The notes beneath the pieces were generated by a model that searched no databases, had not been told where the DNA came from, and worked only from the letters and a program-made list of their open reading frames with translations. The translations under genes and the position numbers were made by a program. Shown here in pieces: positions 36,052 to 49,128 of a stretch of 64,000 nt of DNA (positions are counted from its first letter, which is position 1; every line of letters starts with the position of its first letter). Where the stretch lies: NCBI RefSeq assembly GCF_006345805.1, contig NC_042997.1:44764001-44828000 (forward strand). Direction: 5' to 3'. The stretch comes from Octopus sinensis. Taxonomy: Eukaryota.

Positions 36052-36259
36052 TAAAACGATTTCTGTTCAATCTGCGTTCAGCTCCATTTCTTCAATTCAC
36101 CAATAATGTTTTAATTTCAATTATCCGCACCAACGCACGGTTGCAACGCCAGATGGTTGTACCTCCAACCGTGCTGTTTACTGCTGTGATTTTTGCTACT
36201 AAGGTATCGGTTAAACTTTTGATTAATCTACTACAAGATTATTCATCTTTCTATTTCAC

Positions 36260-36304
<45 letters not shown>

Positions 36305-36529
36305 CTGTATATATATATGTATATGGTTCTAAAATTTCAACTTGTTTTTGCTTTACTATTTTCCAAAGACATTAACATTACATTTTTAAAAAATTATTTC
36401 TTTTATAGTACTTCGTTGATTTCTTCTATTTTCTTTTTTCTATCTCCTAATTTGAATGTTTTTGTACTCAACATTTGTTCTGAAACTCATCAACTGTTTT
36501 GCTTTATCATCCCCCATGTCTACACCGAT

Positions 36530-36745
36530 AATCCTATTTCTTTACTACCCACAAGGGGCTAAACACACAGAGGGGACAAACAAGGACAGACAAACGGATT
36601 AAGTCGATTATATTGACCCCAGTGCGTAACTGGTACTTTATTTAATCAACCCTGAAAGGATGAAAGGCAAAGTCGACCTCGGTGGAATTTGAACTCAGAA
36701 CATAGCATTTCGCCTCGTGTGCTAACGTTTCTGCCAGCTCACAAC
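36530..36745 (-). mobile_element. tRNA-derived SINE (second family)
   Basis: Reverse complement of the 63256-63480 type. Confidence 0.8.
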
Positions 36746-36928
36746 CTTCAGTATTATACCACTCAAGAGAAAATGACTTTCTTGTGTTTTGTTTAAAATG
36801 CAAGATGATTACACTTGCTGTAAACTTACAATAAATGCTTCAACCCTCTTTTCTAGCTCTAACAACAATTAGCTAAGGATTTTTAACAGGTGAGAAAAGT
36901 AAGTTGAGTGAGATCATCATTTGCAAGT

Positions 36929-37299
36929 ATTGTATTTTTAGACATATAAGGCTCATAGGCTTATAAAGTGCACCCTAATTTTGGTAGGCCTAATCTGTGA
37001 AAAAAAGAAAGGAAAAAACTGCAGCTAACCCCAAATACCCTAGCTGAATGTCTTGCGCATTTTCATGTATAGGAACCATGAAGACTGATGCCTTTTGTAT
37101 TGGTTGGCTAATTTACATTAACTCCAAACTACCAAATATCACCACTGACCTCCACTGGGGACAGTGGAGGTCAGCCCATCATTAATAACACTAATCAAGT
37201 CTACCCAAAACCTGACCTTCAGCATATAAGGCACAGGGGGTCTTTTGAGGCAAATTCTTTGGAAGAAAAAGTGTGCCTTATATGCTGGAAAATATGCTA
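36929..37299. mobile_element. Degenerate Tc1/pogo-type MITE
   Basis: Imperfect TIRs tgtattttttagacatataaggc / gtgccttatatgctggaaaatatg. Confidence 0.45.
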
Positions 37300-38325
37300 A
37301 ATTTCACCATCTTTACTGGCTGTTTTCATTGTTTAATTCTCTATCAAGCTGGCTTATAATAGCTAGTGTACTCATTTTCCCAGCAGGGCACCAATCTGAA
37401 ATGTATAGATATTTGATACAGTGGTATTAATATAATAAAAAGTGTGGAAATTTATTTTTCCTACTGACAGGTTTCCTGACAAAATAGTCAGAGCTCATGA
37501 CTCTGGAAAATATGACCAACACTGCTTAATTTTAATTCCTTCTTGTCTGTTGTAATCTATCTAACTTAGGCAATCGATCAAAAAATATAATTTCTTATTG
37601 GGGAAGATAATAGAAAGGCATTTGTGAGTATGTGTGTGAAACAGTCTTCCATATATGTAATGTTATGTATATTACCAAAACTCTATCTTTGTCATCTATG
37701 TCACTGCATTGTGCTTCGTTAGAGCACTATTCTACCTAAGCACAAAGCAATTTCATGATTCTAAGATAGAATTTGTAATGTTTTTACTTTCAGTATCCAA
37801 TTCTTGTTTAATAAAATGGATGCTAATTTTTGAAACTTGAGAATCCCCACCCCCCACTCTGCAAATCTTACAGTTCAGCTTTTGCCTAAACTCAAAGAAG
37901 TATATTTTAGCTTTTGCCTAAAACTCAAAGAAGTATATTTCCAAATTACAAAGATCCTGAGGAGTGGTTCTCAAATCTGGTTTTGGGTAGTTTTAAGTGA
38001 AGGATATATAAGTTTACTATCTATAGATCACACCAAAAAGCATTTGTCGTTACTTTAGATGCAAAAATATAAAATAAGAATACGAAAGGAATGGAGAAGT
38101 GGAATGAAAAATATTGTTTAATTATTGAAGCAAGAAGTAGATTAGTTGATATGATGTATGCAGAGGCATGAGGTGGGGTGTCGAGGAGGGAACTGGTGCA
38201 TGTTGGGGCATACGTTGTGATCAATAGAGATAAAGCCCAGTTGAATGAGTGAACACACAAACATGATGGGGTGAAGGAGGGGACGCTTTGGTGCTGGTGA
38301 GGTTCAAATAATATATACTCTCTCT

Positions 38326-38508
38326 CTCTCTCTTTTCTCTTTTTACTTGTTTCAGTCATTTGACTGCGGCCATGCTGGAGCACCGCCTTTAATCGAGCAA
38401 CTCGACCCCGGGACTTATTCTTTGTAAGCCCAGTACTTATTCTATCGGTCTCTTTTGCCGAACCGCAAAGTGACGGGAACGTAAACACACCAGCATCGGT
38501 TGTCAAGC
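38326..38508 (-). mobile_element. SINE 3' half (first family)
   Basis: Matches the tail of 53548-53957; abuts the RTE truncation point. Confidence 0.85.
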
Positions 38509-38509
38509 A

Positions 38510-40640
38510 ATAGATTCTAAACCTTGCTTCCACACCTGAAATTTCTTCTCTAGTTCTGGTAGTGATTCTGCAATGAGGGCCAGATCATCAGCACAGAGGA
38601 GCTCCCAGGGGCAACCTGTCTTGAATTCCTCTGTTATTGCCTGGAGGACTATGATGAATAAAAGGGGACTGAGGGCTGATCCTTGGTGGACCCCTACTTC
38701 TATTTGGAATTCTTCACTATACTCATTGCCAACCCTAACCTTACAAATGGCATCTCTGTATAGGCCCTGTACAGCCCTTATTAACCATTCCGCAATCCCC
38801 AGTTTCCATATTGCCCACCACATAAGGAATCAGGGGACCCTGTCAAAGGCTTCCTCCAAGTCCACAAAAGCCAAGTATAAGGGTTTATCTCTGGCTAGGT
38901 ATTTCTCCTGCAGTTGCTGCACCAGGAATATAGCATCAGTGGTGCTTCTACCTGGCACAAAACAGAGCTGCATCTCATCTAAGCAGACTCTCTCCCTAAT
39001 TGGGCTATGATCCTCTCTGTGACCTTCATCAGCTCATCCAGCAGTTTTTTTTATCCCTGTAGTTATTTCTGTCGAAAGCATCACCTTTACCCTTGTAGCA
39101 GTTGACTATGGGACTACTATGCTAGTCATTGAGTATCACTCAATCTGAACTACCTGGTTTACAATGTGGGTGACTAGGCCATAGCCCACACCACCAGATG
39201 TTTTAAGTATCTCAGCAGTGATTCCTGATGGGCCGGGATCTTTTCCTGGCTTCATACCATTAATTACTTTATCTACCAGTGTGCTGTCTATTTGGATAGC
39301 TGGTCCCTCTACTGGGTCAACATTTGGCAGGCTCTCCTCCTCCCCTTCATTCTCCATGTTCAGCAGTCTTTCATAATGGCTTCTCCAAGCTTCTTTCTTT
39401 TCTGAATTATTAAAAGCAAGTGCACCATCATCCATGCAGATACATTTCTCTCCTGTGACATCACAATTTTCTCTCACACACTGTCTTGCAATCCTAAATG
39501 CTTCAGTTCTTTGGTCCTCACATCACTGGACATTGGAAAACTTCTTTTCTGCTTCGCCTTTTGCTATGTATACCTGTCGCCCAGCCTCCCTTCTGGCTAT
39601 CTGGTACAGTTCCATGCTACTCCCACCCTTCCAGGCTTTCCAGACCTGTTTCTTTGCTCTAATGGCCTTGTCTACTGTATTATTCCACCACCACATAACT
39701 CTAGGTCTGGAAGGGACTTTGCACCATTCACAGACTTGGTCTCTGGCATTCAGCTAGCTGTCCTATAGGAATTTCCGGCTACCTTCTATGTCCGAGGTCT
39801 GTAGCTCCTCCTCCCTCTCATCAAATTTTTTGATGAGGATGTCCCTAAATCTCTGACCACGCGAAGGGTTCTTTAGCTTCCAAATCCTTCTTTTCTGGAT
39901 TGGTCTGCTTCTTGGCATCCTTCTGGCCTCGAGCTTAAAGTCACTAATGACAAGTCTATGCTGGGTGGGGGGGGGTGCATTCTTCACCAGGGAGGGTCTT
40001 TGTATTGAAGAGCAACCCTGCATCCTGCTGTTGAGTGAGGATTAAATCAATTTGGCTGGCAGAGTTACCTGATTGATAGGTCATCAGGTGGAAGATTAAA
40101 AGGTTACCTGCATCACAGAACTCCAGTAGCCTAGTTCCCTTGTCATTTCAGGAACCAATACCATGGCCCCTGTGTACACCGGTGAAGATACTGGATTGCA
40201 GTCCAACATGCCCATTAAAATCTCCAGCCACAAAGATGAGGTCATTGCCACTCATCTTTGAGGTAACATGTAGAAGGGTATCATAAAAATGGTCCTTCTG
40301 GTCATTTGGTAGGCCTGCTTATGGGGCATAGGCAGAGGTAATTGTCGTACTGTTCTGTAGGACTAACCTGAGTTTAAGCACTCTATCGCATACCCTGACA
40401 ACCTCTATGACTTTATCTACCCATTTCTCTGCAATTTCTCTATTCCATTCATGTTACCTTACCAGAAAATTTTATACCTATGTGCCTTGCCTGTGAAGAC
40501 CCTGGCTGAAGCCCCTCTCCATCTTACCTCTTGTATACAGCATACATGTCTCCTTTCAAGCATCTCTGCAATCTCACTGGACCGACCTTTCAGTGTGCCT
40601 ACATTGACAGTGCCAACTCTGAAAACTGGGAAAGGAATGT
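38510..40640 (-). mobile_element. Degenerate RTE-clade LINE, APE through RT
   Basis: CCIQEVRWRG, SAYAP, AGDFNGHVG, QHRLVISDF, KDPGPSGITAE, VGVHQGSALSPLLF and LCADDL (YADD variant); many stops. Confidence 0.9.
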
Positions 40641-41293
40641 GAGGTGAGGCGTGGGGAAGAGAGATGTTATTCAGTGCCTGAAAAGAAGAGGGAGGTTGTC
40701 GTGTTCGTTTTTTAGGTATGATTCACCTATTCTCACTTCCGACTTGACACCATTCAAACATTGAAGCGTGTTAACATTGTTGCCCCTACTGGAGGTAGGA
40801 GTAGGTCATCATTAGAAAAGGGAGTTGTATCAGACAGAGAGAGGAAGCAAGCTCATCCATACATACACACAAGCATGCACGCACGCACCCATACACAGAG
40901 GAACAAGCACACACGTACAGTCCATTAGCTGTCTCCTTCACTTGATATGTGCATGGGAAATTACTGGGTAGTTGTTGGCATATTTCGAGATGAAACGAAC
41001 GAAACATAGTCGGTAAAGTAGGTGGGCAGCTAACCTAGTAGCATTTGTCCGAGGAGAGTGAGGGGGTGCAGGTAATATATAGAAATCAGCCCAGTGAGGA
41101 GGAGGGAATGAGAGAAGAGACATCAGGTAATGGTGGTGGGAGGAGAGAGATATCCGGTGTAGATGGTGAGAAGATAAAGATCGAGATATCCGGTATTGGT
41201 GGTGGTGGTGGTAGGGCAGGCGCACCGCGAACAAGCAAAGTTTAATTTGGGGAGATGGTACGAGGAACGAATGTAGTAGTAGTAGTAGTAGTA

Positions 41294-41600
41294 TGGGATT
41301 GCACCTAGAAAGTTACCCTCCTAGACACAAGTCCGGGCAAGGTTGTTTATGGAAGACCAGCAGTCGCCCATGCATACCAGCCTCCCCACTCCACGCCACC
41401 AGTGTTATCCAAGGGAAAGGCAAAGGGGCCGATACAGCTTGGCACCCGTGACGTCGCAACTCATTTCTACAGCTGAGTGAACTGGAGCAACGTGAAATAA
41501 AGTGCCTTGCTCAAGAACACAACACGCAGCCCGGTCCGGGATTCGAGCTCACAACCTCACGATCGTAAGCTCGACGCTCTAACCACTGAGCCATGCGCCT
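41294..41600 (-). mobile_element. tRNA-derived SINE (third family)
   Basis: Minus strand aggcgcatggctcagtggttagagcg...ctcgaatcccgg (A- and B-box); homologous to 15524-15822. Confidence 0.85.
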
Positions 41601-41976
41601 AGTAGTAATAATAACAATAAGAAGAAGAAGGAAGAATATACATTCGTAATGTTCATGGCGGGTGAGAAATTTGACCAGAAAAAAAAAACGAGAAATTGCA
41701 AATTAAACAGGCCAAGAAACGAATAATTATCCTAATATAATTAGTTAGCTTCCGAGAAATTGGCTGTTAGTAAACAATACATTTAAAGTGTTAATGGCAA
41801 ATGAATGTATGAAAGATCGAAAAAAACGAGAGAATGTTAACTTAGCAATGCATCATCATCATTTGGCGACTGGGCAAGAATACATGAGAGAATGGAACGG
41901 AAGCTGCAATCGGAAGCAAGTTTAATTTGGGGAGATGGTACGAGGAACGAAACATACACACGCGCACGGGCATATC

Positions 41977-44253
41977 TGTAGTGATACTATAACGGTGCGC
42001 GCGCGCGCACCGTCCATTTTCTATTTCGCGCGTGTTGGTGCCTTCACCAAGGCACAGAAAGGAAGGGCCACCACCACCGTCGCCTTTCAACACCGTCGAC
42101 CTCCACATGATGTACATAGCAACTCGCTAAGTTCGTTACACTGGTGACCTCCCGACGTGATTCTGGTCTAAAACCAGAGATCACTTATCAACAAAAAAAA
42201 TCCAGTTTTTCTGCGAAGTCGGAACACGATTTAACTCTACGCATCCATCTTTCGACGATTTGTTTCCGGCCACCACAAACAGTTGTAGAAGGAGCCTCTT
42301 TCTTATTCTACAGCCATGATGACGAACGCCATCACATCATCGATGCCTTTTCTCCACCTTCGTCATCGCTATCGTCGTCGCTATCTTCGTCGCCATCATC
42401 ACTAAGAACGATGTTGTCTCAAGTCCACTACAGTCGCCTTCCACCACCACCGTCGCCTTTCAACACCGTCGACCTCCACAAGATGTACATAGCAACTCGC
42501 GGAACTTTAGCGTGCACGCTGTATTGTGCATATGCCCACCAAGGATTTACAGCACCGTCTATCTACGAGATTCTTCTGTTCCAGTTAACATGTCACAGCA
42601 TCGAAGCTACAACCGCTACACATTGTGTTCAACCGGCATCTGCATTTTGTGATTTCAACATTTCTGTTACAGAACGAACTGCTATTGTGCTTCAGGCTAT
42701 TACAGACTGGTAAATTAATTCTTGTCTGGAATAGCCTTGAGAGACATTTTTTCTATGCGCTGTATTTTTTGTATTTTGCTCGCATTCACCTTGTATGTAT
42801 TTCTGTCGCACACACGTACACACACATAAATGCTCTCTCTCACATACATACGTCACACATGCTTTTCTCGCTTGTTTGTTCCATGCTAAATTTGCCTTTT
42901 GTGGACACCCCTCATTTCTATAGACCCTAGGTCGGTCACGTATACATAGAGAGGGCTGTTTGTCCATTATAACGCGCCAGCATGTCATACTTTTGTTCCT
43001 GTACGAACGAGGCATATAATCGCTCAACCACAGGCATATTCATTTGCTGTTTTTCGGTCTGGCAAGCACTATTGCATTTCATGCGCCTTTGCTTCGCATC
43101 GTGTACTTGCCTTGTTTTTTGCAACACGTTTGCGCTAGCTTAATTCTTTTCCCGACTCATAGGATGTCGGATGTTCACATGCGCTGCGCCTATGTATGGG
43201 CGTAATTATTTTTCCCTGTTAGACCACTGTTGGTCACGTAATTAACAGAAAATTATCTGTGTCGCGCATCACACCAGCATGTTTGCACTTTTGCCTTTTG
43301 TGTTACTAGCGATCTTCTGTCAATTCCATTTTCTCTCCTGCAGCAATTGATTTAACTGCTATTTCGCAGGATCAACTACCTTTAGAGAAGTTGGATTTTA
43401 ATTTCGTTTAGGTTCATTAACTGTGAGTTTTGCTTTCCCTCCGCTCCTTTCAGCGGAAGGTTCTATACTTTGTGACGTATACACTTTCATGCAAGCACTC
43501 TTGATTTTTGCTCATTGAGTATTTTTTCTCTTTTTCCTTTAGTAAATTTCTTGTGTATGTTATAAATTTTGCCATTATATTATTGTGTGCTATTTGGTTG
43601 TCTGGTGTCCACCTTGAGTTTTGCAGTCACTACAATAAGTTTCCTTTCGTGCGTACGCACTGGAGGGGAGCCTTGTAGTGATACTATAACGGTGCGCGCG
43701 CGCGCACCGTCCATTTTCTATTTCGCGCATTCACCAAGGCACAGAAAGGAAGGGCCCTCTCGCGCATGCGCGAACCACCGGAAGCACGACCCTGGCCAAG
43801 GAAGGGGGTCGTAGGACGTTTGACCGCTAGCAGCAGCAGCGGCGACTTGGGACGGCAGCGATTGAACGCGGCGGTCACGCATATTTTCTCTCCGTTCGAA
43901 CTTGCTTCTAGCAGTCCTTACCAAAAGGCCTTTAACCAAATTGTTGCAGACCAACATCGTCTCCATTGTTCGACGCCATCTTGAACCCGTTCTGTTTTTG
44001 CGGCTGAATATTGTAAATATTACAATCGATTAACTTTCAGCCTTGCGCGCCCAGAACCAAGGACATCAGATAACACACTTATTGTTATTGTTACCAAGAA
44101 AGAGAATAAAGTAGTTATATATATTTTACGTCTGCGTGTTGTTGTTTCTGACTAGTAGAATTCTGGATTATTAAAGCAACGGCTAGTGAGTGATTGCTTT
44201 CTTGTACCCCGAAAGTACAAGACAAGATATTCACTCACATTAAGTTCGTTACA
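41977..44253 (+). mobile_element. Non-autonomous LTR retroelement (Gypsy-like, tRNA-Trp PBS)
   Basis: Both LTRs start TGTAGTGATAC (41977, 43674) and end TAAGTTCGTTACA (42140, 44253); PBS tggtgacctcccgacgtgatt at 42142-42162; PPT ggaggggag at 43662-43670; no pol detected. Confidence 0.78.
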
Positions 44254-44271
44254 CAATCTATACACAAGCCA

Positions 44272-44455
44272 CGGCAGGTAGCTGGCAGAATCGTTAGCTC
44301 GCTGGGCCAACTGCTTCACGGTATTTCGTCCGTGTTTCAGGTTTGAGTTCAAATTCCGCCGAAGTCAACTTTGCCTTTCATCCTTACGGGGCTGGATAAA
44401 ATAAATACCAGTTAATCACTGCTGCCGATGTAATCGACTCAACGTCTTCCCCGAA
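44272..44455 (+). mobile_element. tRNA-derived SINE (second family)
   Basis: gctggcagaatcgttagc...ttcaaattccgccgaagtcaactttgcc. Confidence 0.8.
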
Positions 44456-45073
44456 ATTCATTTACTTGGTTCAGTCACGTGTGTATGTATCCTGCCTATG
44501 ACCTTAAGTTGCATCCAGTTGTGGGACCTTGGTTCGGAAGTTCTAGGGTTTTGATGAGTATGGAAACACTTCTTAGCCACTATTTATTCCAAGGTCTACC
44601 TTGACCCGAATCAGCAGCACCTATCAGGGTTCCAGCTGTGTGTTTGCTTCTATATCGACAACTCAATGTGAAGGGCCTCTAATTCCCATTAGAACTTCCT
44701 TCCTACAGAAGGTAAACTCGTATCAGAAAAACCCGAAGTGCAAGTGCAGTTGTTTTATGCTTCTCTGAACCTGAGTTGTACCACAGGTTTTAAGAGCTGA
44801 TTGCGTTGAAAAGTGGGTTCAGTACTCTGCAACACTTTTATCCACTCAAAACAAATTCACCCTTGGGAACTTCTTGGAATCTTGAGTCTAACAAGTGGTC
44901 TTTCCCGGTCACGAGTTGACTTCCACCACCATACATACATGCATGCACGCACACACATATATACATACATATACAAATATATGAGTATATATATGTGTGT
45001 GTGTGTATATATATAAATATATATATCTATACAAATATATATATACACACACACACACATATATTTGTATATG

Positions 45074-45121
<48 letters not shown>

Positions 45122-45153
45122 CACTCATACACACACACACACACACACATACA

Positions 45154-45199
<46 letters not shown>

Positions 45200-45203
<4 letters not shown>

Positions 45204-45352
45204 GGCGTTAGGAAGGGCATCCAGCCGTAGAAACACTGCCAGATTTGACTGGGCCTGATGAAGCCTTCTGGCTTCACAGACCCCAGTAGAACCGTCCAAC
45301 CCATGCTAGCATGGAAAACGGACGCTAAATGATGATGATGATGATGATGATG
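45200..45352 (+). mobile_element. 3' part of the RTE-tailed SINE
   Basis: gttggcgttaggaagggcatccagcc...(GAT)n. Confidence 0.75.
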
Positions 45353-46283
45353 ACAAAGTGAAGTTGTAAGGTACCGCACGAGTGGAAATATATATGAAAG
45401 AAGTTTTGAAAATGCAATTTTAAAGATGTTTATTTACTTGACCTGTTTTCACTTTTTTAGAAAAAGATTGTCAAAAGTAAAATGTAAAGCTTTGCATAAG
45501 ATTTGTTGAGTGAAGTACTGGTTGTCACAAAAGTATTAAAATACATATATACATTCTTTGATAATAATAAGAAAATGTTTAAAACAGTTTACAGGAAAAA
45601 TCTTGAGAAAATATTAAAAACGTTCGTTAAAAATATTAGGATTTCATTAAAAATCATGTCTGTTTGGAAGTATCTATATATATATATATACACAGAAAAT
45701 TATATGTTCAAAAAGGTCATATTTTTGTGGTATATATACACAGAAAGAGATATATTTAGGAGTTTACAAAGGTTTTGGCGATTGGTCTTAGAGGTCAGAA
45801 TGGTGTGAGGGTGTGTGTCTGTATGTGTGTATGTATACATGTGTATGTATACATGTGTTTGTGTATATGTGTGTGGGCCGCTCTTGATTGGTCCCAGGGT
45901 TTATTTTTGTGTGTGCGCATGTGTGTGTTTATGTGTATGTGTGCGTCTGTACTCAAACAGGACACAACACACACACTCACACACACACACATAACATCCC
46001 CACCAACACAAAAAAACATACAAACATACAGACGCACACACTCACACACACGACAAGATAACAATACATTTTTATCGTTACAACTGTTGAGGTCGACATT
46101 TCATAGTAGTGCTGACTATTCAATCTGTCCCGCTACAGTTGGTGACGTTCGACTGCAACTAAAAACTTTATTGTTACTAATTGGATTGTTCCACCGTGGG
46201 AAAAGTTCTGTTGCAGTGTTAATTTAAATTTGGCTATGGTGGATCGAATCCACTTCATGCTTGCAGGATCCACTACATCTATA

Positions 46284-46665
46284 TTGAGTCATCCCGTAAA
46301 TAATGCGTTTTTTTTTTTATACTTCCCCTTCATTTTTTACAATGCTTTTCCATCTATTTGGTAGACTTGCAAGGCCCCTCTTCCAAAATTCACTTGTCCG
46401 TGATGAAAAATACTCATCCAGTACTGACTTCGTCTACAGAATTCATATTTTTTTCCATCCAAATGATTTTGAAGACAACGGAATAAATGATAATCAGATG
46501 GAGCAATGTCCGGCGAATATGGTGGGTGAGGTATCGTTTCCCATTCAAACTGCTCCAGCCCTTGGAATGTCATCCTCGCTGCATGTGGCCGAGCATTATC
46601 CCGATGGAAGAATACCTTTCGTCTTGAAACTAAAGATGGTTGTTTTTCTTCTAGCGCCGACTTAA
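46284..46665 (-). mobile_element. Mariner transposase C-terminal fragment with one TIR
   Basis: FHRDNARPH and HPPYSPDIAPSDYHLF motifs; TA|ttgagtcatcccgtaaataatgcg terminus. Confidence 0.9.
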
Positions 46666-46763
46666 GCTTATATGGTTCAAATGTAGAGAAAAGAAAAGAC
46701 AAAGAAGGGCGAAGGGACAACATGCAGGTGTATCGGTTTGACACTCGGGAAGAATGGAAAAGT

Positions 46764-46800
46764 CTTTGACGTTTCGAGCCTACGCTCTTCGACTGAAAAG
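46764..46800 (-). ncRNA. Degenerate minimal hammerhead-like motif
   Basis: tttt-CAGUCGAA-GAGC gtag GCUC-GAAAC-GUC-aaag; stems are intact but the CUGA core is altered. Confidence 0.35.
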
Positions 46801-46977
46801 GATAGAAGGCAAGAAAAATGAAAAAAGAGAGGAAGAAAAAAACTGATGTATATGTACGGGCGCGCGTGTGTAGACGAGTGAGTGGGTAAATCGTAGGAAG
46901 GACACTCAAACATTTATTGGGATTTACAAGTATGGATCAAACTGTTTTGATCCATATACCATATATATATATATATT

Positions 46978-47015
<38 letters not shown>

Positions 47016-47282
47016 ATGCAATAAAAATGGTAAATAATTTTCTGTGGTTTTTCATGTAACCAACAATTATTTACCGGTAAATTTCGGTATGTAAATACGA
47101 CAAATTAATTGTCAGGACCTTTGTAAGGTTCAGTATATAGTAAAGAAAATAAGGTGGCTAGCAGCAGGCTGTTTTGCCTCATACCGAAGGAATTAGAAAT
47201 GGCAGTCAAAGACCGTTTTTTCCATTTTCTATAAGTGGAGATTCCAAAAACGAAGGCCCTTACGGCTCACATACACAAAATC

Positions 47283-47674
47283 GAACTGATTCTGAACACA
47301 TCATAAATAAACTACCAACCTTACGTAGCGAAGACGAACAGACAACTGCTCACTCCGGCCAAGCACATGGAATGTTTATAAATCATATATCCGGTAAATG
47401 GCGGGCTTTTTACGAACTGCATGTCGGGTAATGAAAAGTATTTCGGAATAAGTTTAACAATTAAGGATAATCTCTTAATTAAGAGATTATCCTTAATTGT
47501 TAAACTTATTCCGAAATACTTTTCATTACCCGACATGCAGTTCGTAAAAAGCCCGCCATTTACCGGATATATGATTTATAAACATTCCATGTGCTTGGCC
47601 GGAGTGAGCAGTTGTCTGTTCGTCTTCGCTACGTAAGGTTGGTAGTTTATTTATGATGTGTTCAGAATCAGTTC
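47283..47674. repeat. Perfect ~390-bp palindrome without spacer
   Basis: Centre ctcttaattaagag at 47478/9; mirror ORFs 47321-47536 and 47421-47636. Confidence 0.92.
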
Positions 47675-47985
47675 TGCTGACGATCATTAGACGTAAGTTG
47701 AATGTGAAATCACGGTGATACAGAACTAAATTCATTTTTTAATGTCTTGCTTTGAAAAACTGCATTTGGGTATGATTAGTATAATTTTGGTAGTAATGAC
47801 TTTGTCCCTCCTAGTGTGAGGCATTTATGTGTAATAATGCCCTCTATACAATATAGATATAATTAATTTGTTCAAAAGAAAAAAATTATTTTCGAATTCT
47901 TTTCTTTTATGAGGTTTTCACGCTAGCTACCCGATAATTTCTTGTTAAGATCCCTTATTAAGAGATTATCCTTAATTGTTAAACT

Positions 47986-48019
<34 letters not shown>

Positions 48020-49128
48020 ATTGAGGTAATCAGATCAGATGGTTCATATTTGTAGATATTTATTTATATATTACATTTTTTACATATATATCATATCATT
48101 CGGATTAGCGCTTGCTCCCATTCTAGTGGGTTTTCAAATCAAATCAGTTGTGGGTAGTTTGAACCTTTTTATAGTTTCGTAGTAGTGGTTGAGGAGGAAG
48201 TGAGGCAGAGAGAAAATATGTGTGTATGTGTGTGTGTGTGGTGTGTGTGTGTGTGGTGTGTGTGCGTGTGTGTGTGTGTGTGCGCATTTATATCTGAGAG
48301 TGAAGAAGTGTTATTTCCGTTGGTCTGCTGGACCCCCTGTGGTTTTATAAGAACTTGGCTGTCCATTTCAATGTCACTGAGTGTGTGTTGTGCATAGGTT
48401 GGCCTGGCAAATGTCATTTGGGGTCACACTTTCTATGATCATTCTGTGGAGGTGTGTGTGTGTGGTGTCTCTGTGTGTCTGTGTGTGTTTTTTTGTGTGG
48501 TGTGTGTGTGTGTGTGTATGTGTGTGTGTGTGTGTCTGTGTGTTTGGAGAAGGGGAGAGAGACAAAAAGAGAAAAGGGAAAATAAAAATAATAATAATAA
48601 AAATAAAAAATTAAAAAAATAAAAAAATAAAATAAAAATAAAAATAAAAACAAAAATAAAAATAAAATAAAAAATTAAAAAAATAAAAAAATAAAATAAA
48701 ATAAAATAAAAACAAAAAATAAAAAATAAAATAAAAAAATATAAAGAATAAATAAAAATATAAAGAATAAAAAATAAAAAAATAAAAAAATAAAAAAATA
48801 AAAATAAAAATAAAAATAAAAATAAGGGAGGAAGTGGAGAAGAAAAAATATTTTTGTGTGTTGATATTTATACCAACACATATATATACACACACACAGA
48901 CTTATACATAAAATATTTGAAAAAACCTTTTTATCGGTTCAAAATGAACAACCAAATTATACCATCTTGAAAGTTGTATGTCATAGGAAAGTTAAAACTA
49001 AAGTGACAATTAAAGGGTAAAGATGGAAGTGAATTATAAAGATAATAATATAATATGATGTATATAACAGGCAATACACACATCTACACACACACAGATT
49101 TTTCCTTCAATGTATGTTGAGTAAAGTT

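Larger units (their letters stand above)
34994..36110. repeat. ~1.1-kb near-perfect palindrome centred on (TA)n; Penelope-like pLTR pair
   Basis: Arms ~550 bp with few mismatches (ORF 35106-35312 mirrors 35793-36038); each arm carries a hammerhead. Confidence 0.88.

Noticed and set aside
43981-44024. Earlier 3' LTR end at ...aatattaca
   Set aside because: The 13-bp match to the 5' LTR terminus is at 44241-44253.
48560-48830. A-rich and T-rich low-complexity ORFs (also 50342-50734)
   Set aside because: (AAAAT)n-like tracts in the mirrored Penelope 3' region.
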